Part shown: positions 1 through 12,471 of the stretch, piece after piece
Numbering within the stretch: the stretch's first letter is position 1
Layout: every line of letters begins with the position of its first letter
DNA from: Candidatus Omnitrophota bacterium
GTDB taxonomy: Bacteria > Omnitrophota > Gorgyraeia > Duberdicusellales > 4484-171
Length of the DNA stretch: 64,000 bases
Assembly: GCA_014729775.1 (NCBI GenBank)
Contig: WJJJ01000007.1
Coordinates: forward strand, 30,302 to 94,301
Direction of reading: 5' to 3'
The notes under the pieces: model-generated
Database searches by the model: none
Seen by the model: the letters and a program-made list of their open reading frames with translations, nothing else
Told to the model about the DNA's origin: nothing
Program-made: the position numbers and the translations under genes

Positions 1-210
1 GTTCGACAGAACGAAGCCGATATCGAACTTTATCAATATGCCCGAAAGATGTTCCGACAGCAGCTTGCCGCCCTTGTGCCGTCTCTGACGGCCGAACTCC
101 GCCGGTTTAAGCTGTCCCAATTTGCGTATGAAACAGTGTATGGGGGGGCGCTTTGGGGTGCACGCAAGTTTATTCAAGCCCTGTCGCGGCAGAGATCTCG
201 ACCGGAATGA
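1..210 (+). CDS. Partial (C-terminal) probable sulfotransferase (Sulfotransfer_2 / Gal-3-O-sulfotransferase-like)
   Basis: Frame 1 is open from base 1 to TGA at 208-210 and reads VRQNEADIELYQYARKMFRQQL...; NxxDxxLYxYAxxxF resembles the C-terminal motif of these sulfotransferases; a PAPS synthase lies nearby. Confidence 0.55.
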   Translation, partial: VRQNEADIELYQYARKMFRQQLAALVPSLTAELRRFKLSQFAYETVYGGALWGARKFIQALSRQRSRPE

Positions 211-307
211 ATTCCCAGGGATGCGGGAAGGGGGCCAACGAGTTGAATTATCAATTTTTAACAGGAATACACAAAGATATAATCTAAAGTGTTTTTTTAA
301 ACTTCCG

Positions 308-336
308 TTGACTCTTTTTAGGAAATATGATATCAC
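308..336 (+). promoter_or_regulatory. Possible sigma70 promoter
   Basis: TTGACT(308-313)-17 nt-TATCAC(331-336) preceded by TG-n, in an AT-rich intergenic stretch. Confidence 0.35.
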
Positions 337-364
337 TATTTTTGATGGGATATTGAGGACAGTT

Positions 365-628
365 ATGCCGTACGACCTTCCTAAACAACCAAATCAAGAC
401 CGGCCACAGATTATGACCCCTAAAGAAACTGCGCAGTATCTCGGGGTGCATTTGATGACGGTATATCGGCTGATTCATAAGGGGGAGCTTCCCGGATTTA
501 AGATCGGCGGACAATGGAGGATCAAAAAAGACGTGCTGGACACCTGGATTCTGGATCAAACCCCCAGAAAGGCTGAGAAAAGGGATCCGGTGGAGGGGGA
601 TGACCGACAATCGACGGATGCCGGATGA
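365..628 (+). CDS. Excisionase-like HTH_17 DNA-binding protein
   Basis: IMTPKETAQYLGVHLMTVYRLIHKGELPGFKIGGQWRI is a typical HTH_17/MerR-like fold; GAGG RBS before ATG 365. Confidence 0.85.
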   Translation: MPYDLPKQPNQDRPQIMTPKETAQYLGVHLMTVYRLIHKGELPGFKIGGQWRIKKDVLDTWILDQTPRKAEKRDPVEGDDRQSTDAG

Positions 629-1116
629 ATATGCGGCGGCAATTCAGTATTCTGTTGGGCGTATGGTGTCTCGGCATTGCCGCGTGCGTTCCACCCCAGG
701 AGCAGCGGGTGAGGATTGGCGATGCGGTGTTTGTCGTGCAGACCGCTGCGTCTCCGCGTGCCCGGCGAACCGGGTTGATGGGAAGGCGGTCGCTGGATGA
801 CAATGAAGGGATGCTGTTTGTATTCGAGCGCTCGGGGCGGTATCCGTTCTGGATGAAGAATATGAAAATTCCGCTGGATATTCTGTGGATTGATGCGCAG
901 TTTCGCATCGTCCACATTGAACCGTCTGTTCCGCCTTGCACCATGGAGCCCTGCCCGGGATATCATCCTGCGCTGGCAGCGCGCTATGTCCTGGAACTGC
1001 CCGCAGGTTCGGTTGTGCGTCACCGGATCGGTAGGGGAGATACAGTGGAGTTTTTAGAAAAGCGAGATCCGCCGAAGACAGTGTTTCCCCGGGGATCTGC
1101 CGGAGTGATTCTGTGA
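625..1116 (+). CDS. DUF192 family protein, probable lipoprotein
   Basis: GLMGR, GMLFVF, FWMKNMKIPLDILWID and YVLELPAG motifs; IAAC lipobox-like signal. Confidence 0.85.
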   Translation: MNMRRQFSILLGVWCLGIAACVPPQEQRVRIGDAVFVVQTAASPRARRTGLMGRRSLDDNEGMLFVFERSGRYPFWMKNMKIPLDILWIDAQFRIVHIEPSVPPCTMEPCPGYHPALAARYVLELPAGSVVRHRIGRGDTVEFLEKRDPPKTVFPRGSAGVIL

Positions 1117-1179
1117 CGGAGCGCCGCACCTGCGTTCGGCGGCTCCAAGGGGGGAAGGAAAAGTAAAAAAAAAGATCCA

Positions 1180-3033
1180 ATGAGTATACGGGTGAGAACA
1201 AAAAATCAGGAACCGCGAGGGGTTCGGGGGGTCAGGAAATACTGGTATTTCCTGAAGATGATGCAGGTTTCCCCGTGGTATTTTCTGATACAGATCGTCT
1301 CTTCTTTGTGCGTGGCAGGGTTTGACGGATTGAGTTTGGGGTTGCTCGCCCCGTTACTCAAGGGAATTATTGAGAAAGATTTTTCGTTCCTGGGCAATAT
1401 CACTGGGGTTCCCTGGCTGATGCGCGTGACCGGGATTCATATTCAGGACGTGCCCAGCCGGTTCCTTTTCCTGGGACTTGTGGGGGTTATTTTTGTTTCC
1501 GCGTTGCTCAAGAACGTGGTGTTTTATTTGTCTCAGGTATATATGGTGAAGCAGCGGGAAGGGTCCGCCTTTTATCTGAAGAATTTCGTGTTCCAGCGGT
1601 ATTTGACCTTCGGGAAATTATACCTGGATAAAATCAGCCAGGGGTATATCCAATCGGATCTCCTTTTCGCGGATCGGGTGGTCCGTCTCCTGGATGCGTT
1701 AGGGAAATTGCTGATCGCCGGGTTTACGCTGGTCGTCTATTTTTCGATCATGGTCTTTGTCGAATGGCGGCTGGCGCTGTTTGCGGTGGTAGTGTTGCCG
1801 GCACTCCATTTTTCGTTGCGGTGGTTAATTAAGAAGATCAGGCGAACGGCGCAACTTCAATCCAGAGTCGCGCTGAAGATGGGACGGCAAGTGTTCGATA
1901 TCCTTTCCGGGATCACGGTAGTGCACGCGTACAACAAGGAAGAGCCGATGTTCCGGAGATTCCGACAGATCAACGATGATATCAAACGGCATAATATCAG
2001 TCAGGATAAAAAGTTGCGAATGATCCAGCCCTTTCAGGAAGTGCTGACGATGATCGCGATCCTCTTTTTCGTTTCAGCGGTGGCGTTTATTTTTGTGACG
2101 GGCCGGGCAGGGCAGGTGTCGGAATATTTTCTGTTTCTCATTTTGGTCCGGCGGTGCGCCCCGGTGTTGATTCAGCTCAACCGGGTGAAATCAGATGTGG
2201 CGCAGCTTGACGGTCCGATGAATCGTTTGCTGAAGGTTGCGGAGGAAAAAGATAAACATGTCGTATCTTCCGGAGAAGAAGAGTTCAGCGGGATCAATTC
2301 CCACATTGAGATCCGAAATCTGAATTTTCAATACCGTCAGCATCTGCCGGTGGTCCGGGGAGTGAGCTTTACGATCCCCAAAGGGCAGATGACCGCGATC
2401 GTGGGGCCGACTGGTTCCGGGAAAACGACGTTGATCAATTTGATTATGCGGTTTTATGAGTGTCCGCCGGGGACGATTTTCCTTGACGGGAAAGATATTC
2501 GAGAGTATTCGATAGAGTCGTTGCGACGAAGTATTTCATTGGTCTCACAGGAGGTTACGTTATTTAACGATACTTTGAAAAACAATGTGCTCTTTGGGAG
2601 CCGACGGGATCAACGGCCCGGAAACGAGGAAGTACTCAGCGTATTTAAAAAAGCCCGGTTGGATGAGTTCGTCGCGAAGCTGCCGCAGGGGATACACACC
2701 GAGATCGGGGACAGGGGGGTGCGTCTCTCCGGCGGCGAGAAACAGCGGGTATCGATTGCGCGGGCGTTGCTGCGCCAGCCGGACATTATGATCTTGGATG
2801 AGGCGACCAGTTCTCTGGATACGACGACTGAACGGTTGGTTCAGGAAGCGATCGAGGAAGCGGTGAAAGGGCGTACCGCGATTGTGATCGCCCACCGGTT
2901 ATCCACCGTGAAAAACGCGGATAAGATAGTGGTCATTGAGGAAGGACGAAAGATAGAAGAAGGGCATTTGTCGGAGTTGATCGAAAGACGGGGAGCGTTT
3001 TATCATTACTGGCAGGCCCAGCGGTTTGAATAA
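1180..3033 (+). CDS. ABC exporter, fused permease-ATPase (MsbA/HepA/PglK-like glycan flippase)
   Basis: N-terminal TM helices; Walker A GPTGSGKT, signature LSGGEKQR, Walker B ILDEATSSLD, H-loop IAHRLST. Confidence 0.9.
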   Translation: MSIRVRTKNQEPRGVRGVRKYWYFLKMMQVSPWYFLIQIVSSLCVAGFDGLSLGLLAPLLKGIIEKDFSFLGNITGVPWLMRVTGIHIQDVPSRFLFLGLVGVIFVSALLKNVVFYLSQVYMVKQREGSAFYLKNFVFQRYLTFGKLYLDKISQGYIQSDLLFADRVVRLLDALGKLLIAGFTLVVYFSIMVFVEWRLALFAVVVLPALHFSLRWLIKKIRRTAQLQSRVALKMGRQVFDILSGITVVHAYNKEEPMFRRFRQINDDIKRHNISQDKKLRMIQPFQEVLTMIAILFFVSAVAFIFVTGRAGQVSEYFLFLILVRRCAPVLIQLNRVKSDVAQLDGPMNRLLKVAEEKDKHVVSSGEEEFSGINSHIEIRNLNFQYRQHLPVVRGVSFTIPKGQMTAIVGPTGSGKTTLINLIMRFYECPPGTIFLDGKDIREYSIESLRRSISLVSQEVTLFNDTLKNNVLFGSRRDQRPGNEEVLSVFKKARLDEFVAKLPQGIHTEIGDRGVRLSGGEKQRVSIARALLRQPDIMILDEATSSLDTTTERLVQEAIEEAVKGRTAIVIAHRLSTVKNADKIVVIEEGRKIEEGHLSELIERRGAFYHYWQAQRFE

Positions 3034-3052
3034 ACGGAAAGGAGAAACAGAG

Positions 3053-4771
3053 ATGGAAACGCAGCAGGGAACCAATATTATTGCGCCGTACGGAGAGACG
3101 CTCGTTGATCTGGTGGCTGCCGGCGGGGAGCGGGATGAATTGCTCGCCCGGTCGCGGGAAATGCCTTCATTGCAAGTGTCATTCCGGTCGCTTTGTGATC
3201 TGGAATTATTAGCTACTGGAGCTTTTTCGCCGGTCGATCGATTTATGAGCAGTAAAGATTATCTTCGCGTAAAAGAAGAAATGCGTCTGGCCGACGGCAC
3301 GTTCTTTCCCATCCCGGTCACGCTTCCCGCCGAAGATGTCAGCAGTTTCAAAACGGGCCGTCCGGTATGTATCCGCGGACCTCACAACGATGTCTTGGCC
3401 GTTTTGGAAGTAGAAGAAATCTATAAGTGGGACCGTGAGGACGAAGCCAGGAAGGTGTTCGGCACGACCGATTCCTACCATCCCCTCGTTGCCGAAATGG
3501 CAAGCTGGGGGAAGTACTATCTTTCGGGACCGATGAAAGTAGTGAACTTGCCGTGTCACTATGATTTTGCCGGGTTGCGCCGTACTCCCGCGCAGGTGAG
3601 AGCGTTTCTTTCGGAAATGGATGTGGCAAATGTCGTCGCATTTCAAACGAGAAATCCTCTGCACCGGGCGCACGAAGAACTTACCAAACGCGCCGCAGAG
3701 AAAATTAACGGGGCGCTCCTGCTTCATCCGGTCGTCGGGGCAACGCGTCCCGGAGATATCGATCACTTTATCCGAGTGCAGACGTACAAAGCGCTGGTGG
3801 AGAAGTATTACGACCCGCGGAAAACAGTGCTCAGCCTGCTGCCGCTGGCCATGCGGATGGCCGGTCCCCGGGAAGCGGTGTGGCACGCGATTATCCGCCG
3901 GAACTACGGAGCAAATCATTTTATCGTCGGCCGGGGGCATGCAGGCCCGGGAAAAGACTCTCATGGCCGCCCTTTTTACGGGCCTTACGACGCACAGGAG
4001 TTGATGCAGAAGGCAGAGCCCGAAATAGCGGTAAAGATGGTTGCCTTTCAGGAAATGGTGTATCTTCCGGACGAAGAACGTTTTGAAGAGCGGGCAAAAC
4101 TGGATCCTTCGGTTCGGATTCAGACCTTATCCGGCACGCAGGTAAGGAATGAATACCTGGCAAAAGGAAAATCTCTGCCGGAATGGTTTACCCGGCCGGA
4201 AGTTGCCCGGATTCTGGCGCACGCCTATCCTCCCTGTGAAGAAAAAGGGTTTTGTTTGTGGTTTACGGGCTGTCCGAGTGCGGGCAAGTCTACCATTGCT
4301 CAGATCGTGCAGGTACTGTTGAAAGAAAAAGGCAAGGAAGTGAGCATGCTTGACGGCGACGTGGTACGGACGCATCTTTCCAAGGGGCTCGGCTTTTCCC
4401 GCGAGGACCGGGATACCAATATCCTGAGGATTGGATTTGTGGCGTCGGAAATCGTCCGGCATCGCGGTACCGTGATCTGTGCCGCGGTCAGTCCGTACGA
4501 AGAAACCAGGAATCAGGTGCGGAGCATGGTCGGCGACGACCGGTTCGTGCTGGTGTTTGTCGATACTCCCCTCGAAGTCTGTGAACAGCGGGATATCAAA
4601 GGATTGTATGCCCAGGCCCGGTCGGGAAAGATTAAGGGGTTTACCGGAATCGATGATCCCTATGAACGTCCCGAAGCGCCGGATTTGCGGTTTACTACGA
4701 CCGAACAGAGTCCCGAGGAATGTGCGCGCGAAATTGTGCGGTATCTTGTCCAAAACGGATTTGTACGGTAA
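3053..4771 (+). CDS. sat-cysC: Bifunctional sulfate adenylyltransferase / adenylylsulfate kinase (PAPS synthase)
   Basis: Sat motifs FQTRNPLHRAH and HFIVGRGHAG; APS kinase motifs WFTGCPSAGKST, LDGDVVR and FTGIDDPYE. Confidence 0.93.
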   Translation: METQQGTNIIAPYGETLVDLVAAGGERDELLARSREMPSLQVSFRSLCDLELLATGAFSPVDRFMSSKDYLRVKEEMRLADGTFFPIPVTLPAEDVSSFKTGRPVCIRGPHNDVLAVLEVEEIYKWDREDEARKVFGTTDSYHPLVAEMASWGKYYLSGPMKVVNLPCHYDFAGLRRTPAQVRAFLSEMDVANVVAFQTRNPLHRAHEELTKRAAEKINGALLLHPVVGATRPGDIDHFIRVQTYKALVEKYYDPRKTVLSLLPLAMRMAGPREAVWHAIIRRNYGANHFIVGRGHAGPGKDSHGRPFYGPYDAQELMQKAEPEIAVKMVAFQEMVYLPDEERFEERAKLDPSVRIQTLSGTQVRNEYLAKGKSLPEWFTRPEVARILAHAYPPCEEKGFCLWFTGCPSAGKSTIAQIVQVLLKEKGKEVSMLDGDVVRTHLSKGLGFSREDRDTNILRIGFVASEIVRHRGTVICAAVSPYEETRNQVRSMVGDDRFVLVFVDTPLEVCEQRDIKGLYAQARSGKIKGFTGIDDPYERPEAPDLRFTTTEQSPEECAREIVRYLVQNGFVR

Positions 4772-4811
4772 GAACAGAATGGCCAGGAGTTCGTGAAACC
4801 GGGAGCGGGAT

Positions 4812-7647
<2,836 letters not shown>

Positions 7648-7677
7648 GCGAACGAGGCACCGAAGAGGACAGCGGTA

Positions 7678-9444
7678 ATGAGCGGTACAAAGATGTTGAC
7701 CGATGAGATTCCGCGGTATCCCGATACGCTTCCCGGAAGCGTGTGGGGGCTTACCACGTACTATAATCCGGCTCAATACCGGAACAAACTAGCGAATTAT
7801 CGAATATTTAGAGAACGGGTTAAACGGCAGGGATTATCTCTGATCACGGTGGAAATCGCGTTCGGCCGGCGGCCGTTCGAGTTAGAGAACAGTGACGCCG
7901 AAGTCCTGATTCAGCGGCGGACACGCGGAGTGTTGTGGCAAAAAGAACGAGCGTTGAACATCGCCCTGCAGGCTCTGCCGGATGAGTGCGATAAAATTAT
8001 CTGGCTAGACGCGGATGTGCTGTTTTATGATGACCGGTGGATCGTGCGGACGTGTCGCGCGTTGCAGGAATACGTCGTTGTCCAGCCGTTTTCCTTTTTC
8101 TTCCGGCTGCCGAAAGGGTTCGAGGATTTGGAGGAATATACGCGGAGATATCCGGATGCCTGCCGCCGGATTACCGCCGGATATGGGATCGGGTACGGGA
8201 TCGCGCATTTAGGACGGGAATTTTTACGGGAAGTTTCGGTGCGGGAAGCCGGAACGGTAGGTTTTGCCTGGGCGGCGCGGCGGAGCGTATTTTCGTCCGT
8301 TGGGTTTTATGACGCTTCTCCGGTCGGAGTTGCGGATGCCGTTATGGCCTATGGATTTTACGGTGCCCAGTGCCGGCCATACCAACGCTATTGGACGGAG
8401 TCAATGAGGAGAGACCAAGCCCTTTGGACGGAGGAGATTTATCGCCGGGTGCGGGGCAGTGTGTTTTGGGTCGATGGGCGGCTGGGACATCTTTGGCACG
8501 GGGATGTAGCTTCACGGATGTACGTACGCCGGCAATCGATTGAGAAGAAATGCCGGTTCAACCCGCGTACGGATATCAAAAAAGATGCGCAAGACTGCTG
8601 GATATGGGCGACGCGTAAAAAGAAACGGTTGCGGTTCTGGGTTCGTTGGTATTTCTGGATGAGGAACGAAGAATGCAACGCGGCGGTACGGTGTCTGCGC
8701 GGGGTTACGCAGATGGGTACGTATCTGGCGAGAGTTCTGTGGGCGGCGTTTCCCCGGAGGATAAAAACGAGGTATTGGCAGGCAAAGGAACGTGTACTTT
8801 TGCGCAGAGGGAAGTTCCCCGTGCAGACCGCCGGACTGGTGTCCGGACGGTATCGGTGTCTCTATGTGGGGGTTCCGACCAGCTCCGGTTCATCGTGGAC
8901 ACAGCGTCTAGCCGGAGATCTGGGGATGAAGTTTGAACTTTTTCCGGGCTGTTCGCGGTTTTGGGCCGTGACGGATATACGTGCGCGTGAATTCCACCGG
9001 TATTTCAAATTTTGTTTCGTCCGGAATCCGTGGGAACGGGCAGCTGCCGGGTATGTGGAAAATATTCGACCATTGCCGGGGGGGCCGTACGGCCGCGGCG
9101 GTGGCGGCCGGGCATTTCCGTTTTTCCGGCCGGGGATGAGCTTCGAGGAGTTCATCAGGGTCATCCACCGTATTCCTGATTATGCCGCTGAACGATGGTT
9201 CCGTTCAAATTACGCCTGTATTTGCGATCCGCAGGGAAGGAAGGTAGTCGATTTCGTGGGCCGGTATGAACACTGGGAACGGGATTGGGCAACGGTGTAT
9301 GCGCGGCTGGGGTTGGTGAATAGGTCTGCTCCCGGTAAGGACGTCCGGTGTCCGGAGTACCGGCACTATTATAATGAAACGACCAAAGCGTTAGTGGAAC
9401 AGCGCTATCGCCGGGATATCGAGTTGTTTGGGTATGAGTTTTGA
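7678..9444 (+). CDS. Fusion of a GT-A-like domain and a degenerate Sulfotransfer_2-like domain
   Basis: N-terminus has LWQKERALN and a WLDADV DxD motif; C-terminus has FKFCFVRNPWER, DFVGRYE and YRRDIELFGYEF. Confidence 0.7.
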   Translation: MSGTKMLTDEIPRYPDTLPGSVWGLTTYYNPAQYRNKLANYRIFRERVKRQGLSLITVEIAFGRRPFELENSDAEVLIQRRTRGVLWQKERALNIALQALPDECDKIIWLDADVLFYDDRWIVRTCRALQEYVVVQPFSFFFRLPKGFEDLEEYTRRYPDACRRITAGYGIGYGIAHLGREFLREVSVREAGTVGFAWAARRSVFSSVGFYDASPVGVADAVMAYGFYGAQCRPYQRYWTESMRRDQALWTEEIYRRVRGSVFWVDGRLGHLWHGDVASRMYVRRQSIEKKCRFNPRTDIKKDAQDCWIWATRKKKRLRFWVRWYFWMRNEECNAAVRCLRGVTQMGTYLARVLWAAFPRRIKTRYWQAKERVLLRRGKFPVQTAGLVSGRYRCLYVGVPTSSGSSWTQRLAGDLGMKFELFPGCSRFWAVTDIRAREFHRYFKFCFVRNPWERAAAGYVENIRPLPGGPYGRGGGGRAFPFFRPGMSFEEFIRVIHRIPDYAAERWFRSNYACICDPQGRKVVDFVGRYEHWERDWATVYARLGLVNRSAPGKDVRCPEYRHYYNETTKALVEQRYRRDIELFGYEF

Positions 9445-9476
9445 CCCGCGGCAGGCGTGAGTTTCCGGGGAAACGA

Positions 9477-10364
9477 ATGAAGAAGATGAAAGTATCGGTA
9501 GTGATCCGCAACCGTAATGAGGCGAGGTATCTCGAGAAAATCTTATATGCACTTTCTTTGCAGCGTGTGCCCCCTGATGAAATCATCGTGGTTGATAATG
9601 CCTCCGAAGACAACAGTGCCGAAGTGGCCGCGCGCGCGCAGGCGAAGCTCGTTTCGATCGACACAAAAACGTTTACCTATGGCAGAGCGTTGAATAGGGG
9701 GATTCGGGAAGCGAGCGGCGAAATTTGTGTCGTGCTGAGCGCGCACACGCTGCCGGTGGGCAGGAATTTCATCGAAGAATGCCTAGTTCCGTTTGAAGAT
9801 GAACGCATTGCAGGGGTTCGCTGTGTTCACGGCGCCAAGCAGCGTGATCTGGAAGAATGGATTAGCCCGCAAGTGCTGCGTTCTCCCGTTGATCCTGAAA
9901 AAGTAATTGCGTACGGACCTGGATGCGGATACGCGATTCGCCGAAGCGTATGGCAGGAGATTCCGTTTGAGGAAGATCTGGAAATGATCGAGGACAAGGC
10001 CTGGGCTTGGGAAGTGCTGCGTAACGGGTATCATATCTATTCTGCGTGTCCCGCGGTGTACACTCATATTCGGCCGCGCCGAACCCTGGAAAAAATATGG
10101 CGAACGAATCAGGAAGGGCGGGCGGTATACCGGAGATTCGCCCGGCGGTTCCCGGTGCGATCCCCGATGCAAGCGATCGGGGGTATCGTTGCGGCCGTCT
10201 GCTGGCGGGCTCCCCGGGCGGCGGTGTCGGTACTCGTCACAACGATAGGGACACACATTTTTTCCTTGATGTTGCCGATTATAGCCAGGAAAAAAGCATC
10301 ACAGGGGTCGCGTCCGTTTTTCGAAGTGTCACGGAGCTGGAAGGGGAGCAAGAAGAATGAGTGA
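9477..10364 (+). CDS. Family 2 glycosyltransferase (rhamnosyltransferase-like)
   Basis: VSVVIRNRNE, VVDNASED, FTYGRALNRG, LSAH and EDKAW motifs. Confidence 0.85.
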   Translation: MKKMKVSVVIRNRNEARYLEKILYALSLQRVPPDEIIVVDNASEDNSAEVAARAQAKLVSIDTKTFTYGRALNRGIREASGEICVVLSAHTLPVGRNFIEECLVPFEDERIAGVRCVHGAKQRDLEEWISPQVLRSPVDPEKVIAYGPGCGYAIRRSVWQEIPFEEDLEMIEDKAWAWEVLRNGYHIYSACPAVYTHIRPRRTLEKIWRTNQEGRAVYRRFARRFPVRSPMQAIGGIVAAVCWRAPRAAVSVLVTTIGTHIFSLMLPIIARKKASQGSRPFFEVSRSWKGSKKNE

Positions 10365-11085
10365 CACGAAGTACCGGTGTGTCGCGATTATCCCGGCCAG
10401 AGGAGGATCGAAAGGGATCCCGCAGAAGAACCTTGTAAAATTACATCGCCGTCCGCTACTGGCCTACACGATCGAAGCCGCTCGACAGAGCGGTTTGTTC
10501 GAGAAGGTACTCGTGTCGACCGAGAATGAAAAAATCAGGCAAACGGCGCATCGCTACGGTGCGCAATCCATCTGTCGCCCGGCGAACCTTTCCGGCGACC
10601 GCGCCGCTACCGAGCCGGTGGTTCTCCATGCGCTGAACCGGCTGCGCAAAACCGAAAGATACCGGCCCGATGTCGTATTCCTTTTACAGGCGACGTCGCC
10701 GTTGCGGGACGAGGACGATATTCGCGCGGCGTATCGGCAGTTTTTGCGGCAGAAGGTCGATTCGCTCCTTTCCGTGGAAAAAAACACCGATTTCCTGTGG
10801 AAAGAGTCCCGCAGGGGACTGGCTCCGATCAATTATTCGTATTCTCGACGGCCTCGCCGACAGGATATGCCGGTGCAATTCAAGGAAAACGGGGCAATTT
10901 ACATCACGAAATACGAGATATGGATGCGGCACGGAAATCGGTTAGGCGGAAGGATCGGGTATTCGCTGATGGATCCGATGAACTCGATCGAGATCGATGT
11001 TCCGTTTGATGTCATTGTTGCCGCGGCAGCGGTGCGCCGCCGGGGAAAAATACGCAAGAAGAAAGGGGGGAGTCATGACAGATAA
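10357..11085 (+). CDS. neuA: CMP-nonulosonic acid synthetase (acylneuraminate cytidylyltransferase)
   Basis: IIPARGGSKGIPQKN, LLQATSPLR, ENGAIY and EID motifs. Confidence 0.9.
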   Translation: MSDTKYRCVAIIPARGGSKGIPQKNLVKLHRRPLLAYTIEAARQSGLFEKVLVSTENEKIRQTAHRYGAQSICRPANLSGDRAATEPVVLHALNRLRKTERYRPDVVFLLQATSPLRDEDDIRAAYRQFLRQKVDSLLSVEKNTDFLWKESRRGLAPINYSYSRRPRRQDMPVQFKENGAIYITKYEIWMRHGNRLGGRIGYSLMDPMNSIEIDVPFDVIVAAAAVRRRGKIRKKKGGSHDR

Positions 11086-11947
11086 AGTACAGATCGCAGA
11101 CCGATTGGTGGGGAACGGCGAATCTTGTTTTGTAGTAGCCGAGATCGGCATCAATCACAACGGAGATCTGGATGTCGCCCGGAAGCTTATCTCCGCGGCG
11201 AATCTGGCGGGATGTGATGCGGTGAAATTTCAGAAAAGAACTGTGGAAACGGTATATACCCAGGAAGAACTCGCCAAGCCGAGGGAAAATCCCTTTGGGC
11301 CGACCAACGGAGATTTGAAACGAGGGTTGGAGTTTGACCGGGAGGAGTATGCACAGATCGCCGAATATTGCAAGACAAACAATCTTGTATGGTATGCGTC
11401 TTGCTGGGACGAAGGGTCGGTTGATTTTATGGAACAATTTAATCCGCCGTGCTACAAAATAGCTTCTCCGTTGTTAACCGACGATAAATTGTTGCGGTAT
11501 CATCGGCGGTACAAACGGCCGGTGATTCTTTCTACCGGGATGAGCACAATGGATCAGATCGATCACGCTGTCGAGGTGCTGGGAACGGAAAGGCTGATTT
11601 TGCTGCATTGTACCAGCACGTATCCGGCGCAGGTAGGGGAGCTCAATCTTCGCATGATTCCGGTATTGAAACAACGGTACCGGGTGCCGGTGGGCTATTC
11701 CGGGCATGAGGTTGGACTTGCGACCAGTATCGCCGCCGTTGCGTTGGGTGCATGCATGGTAGAGAGGCATATCACGCTGGACCGGGCGATGTGGGGAAGC
11801 GATCAGGCGGCGTCGGTCGAGCCGCACGGCTTCAGCCGACTGGTGCGCGACGCGCATGTAGTTGAGCAGGCTATGGGAGACGGGCAGAAGAGGGTATACG
11901 AGAGCGAAGTCCCCATCATTAAGAAGCTGCGGCGCGTGGGGAAGTAG
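11075..11947 (+). CDS. neuB: NeuB-family nonulosonic acid(-9-phosphate) synthase, short form without SAF domain
   Basis: AEIGINHNGD, VKFQKR, STGMS, LHCTSTYP, GYSGHE and ERHITLD motifs; about 290 aa. Confidence 0.9.
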   Translation: MTDKVQIADRLVGNGESCFVVAEIGINHNGDLDVARKLISAANLAGCDAVKFQKRTVETVYTQEELAKPRENPFGPTNGDLKRGLEFDREEYAQIAEYCKTNNLVWYASCWDEGSVDFMEQFNPPCYKIASPLLTDDKLLRYHRRYKRPVILSTGMSTMDQIDHAVEVLGTERLILLHCTSTYPAQVGELNLRMIPVLKQRYRVPVGYSGHEVGLATSIAAVALGACMVERHITLDRAMWGSDQAASVEPHGFSRLVRDAHVVEQAMGDGQKRVYESEVPIIKKLRRVGK

Positions 11948-11967
11948 TGCAAGCGAAGCGAGGCGGG

Positions 11968-12471
11968 ATGATGGAGCAGGAAAAAAAGAAAATTCGGTTC
12001 TCCGAGGTCAAACTGTTGGTCCTGGATTTCGACGGGGTGCTTACCGATAATAATGTCTATGTATCCGAGGACGGAAAAGAATCGGTGTGTTGTTCCCGGA
12101 GCGACGGTCTGGGAATAGAAATGGTGCAGAGCCGCGGGATACCCGTGGTGGTTTTATCCAAGGAAAAGAACAAGGTCGTAAAGGCCCGGTGCCGGAAGTT
12201 ACGCGTCCGGGTCACACAGGGGATCGACGAAAAACTCAGTGAACTAAAGCGAATTGCCGCGAACGCGAATGTTTCTCCCCGGCAAGTTTGTTATTTGGGT
12301 AACGACGTTAATGACCTGGAATGCGTAGAGTTTGCGGGGGCTGGCTGTGCGGTAAATGACGCCCATCCCGCGTTGCGCAATGCGGCCGATTATGTGACCA
12401 GGAACACCGGCGGGCACGGGGCTGTCAGAGAGATTTGTGAGTGTATCCTTGAAAGAGCAGATGAGCGGTAA
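11968..12471 (+). CDS. KdsC/YrbI-like HAD phosphatase (ulosonate-phosphate phosphatase)
   Basis: LDFDGVLTD, GNDVND and GGHGAVRE motifs. Confidence 0.88.
   Translation: MMEQEKKKIRFSEVKLLVLDFDGVLTDNNVYVSEDGKESVCCSRSDGLGIEMVQSRGIPVVVLSKEKNKVVKARCRKLRVRVTQGIDEKLSELKRIAANANVSPRQVCYLGNDVNDLECVEFAGAGCAVNDAHPALRNAADYVTRNTGGHGAVREICECILERADER

Noticed and set aside
122-364. N-terminal extension of the HTH ORF from position 122
   Set aside because: It overlaps the upstream gene and AT-rich promoter region; the RBS and domain start favour ATG 365
365-628. Excisionase as evidence of a prophage or ICE
   Set aside because: No integrase, att-like repeats or phage genes in the window
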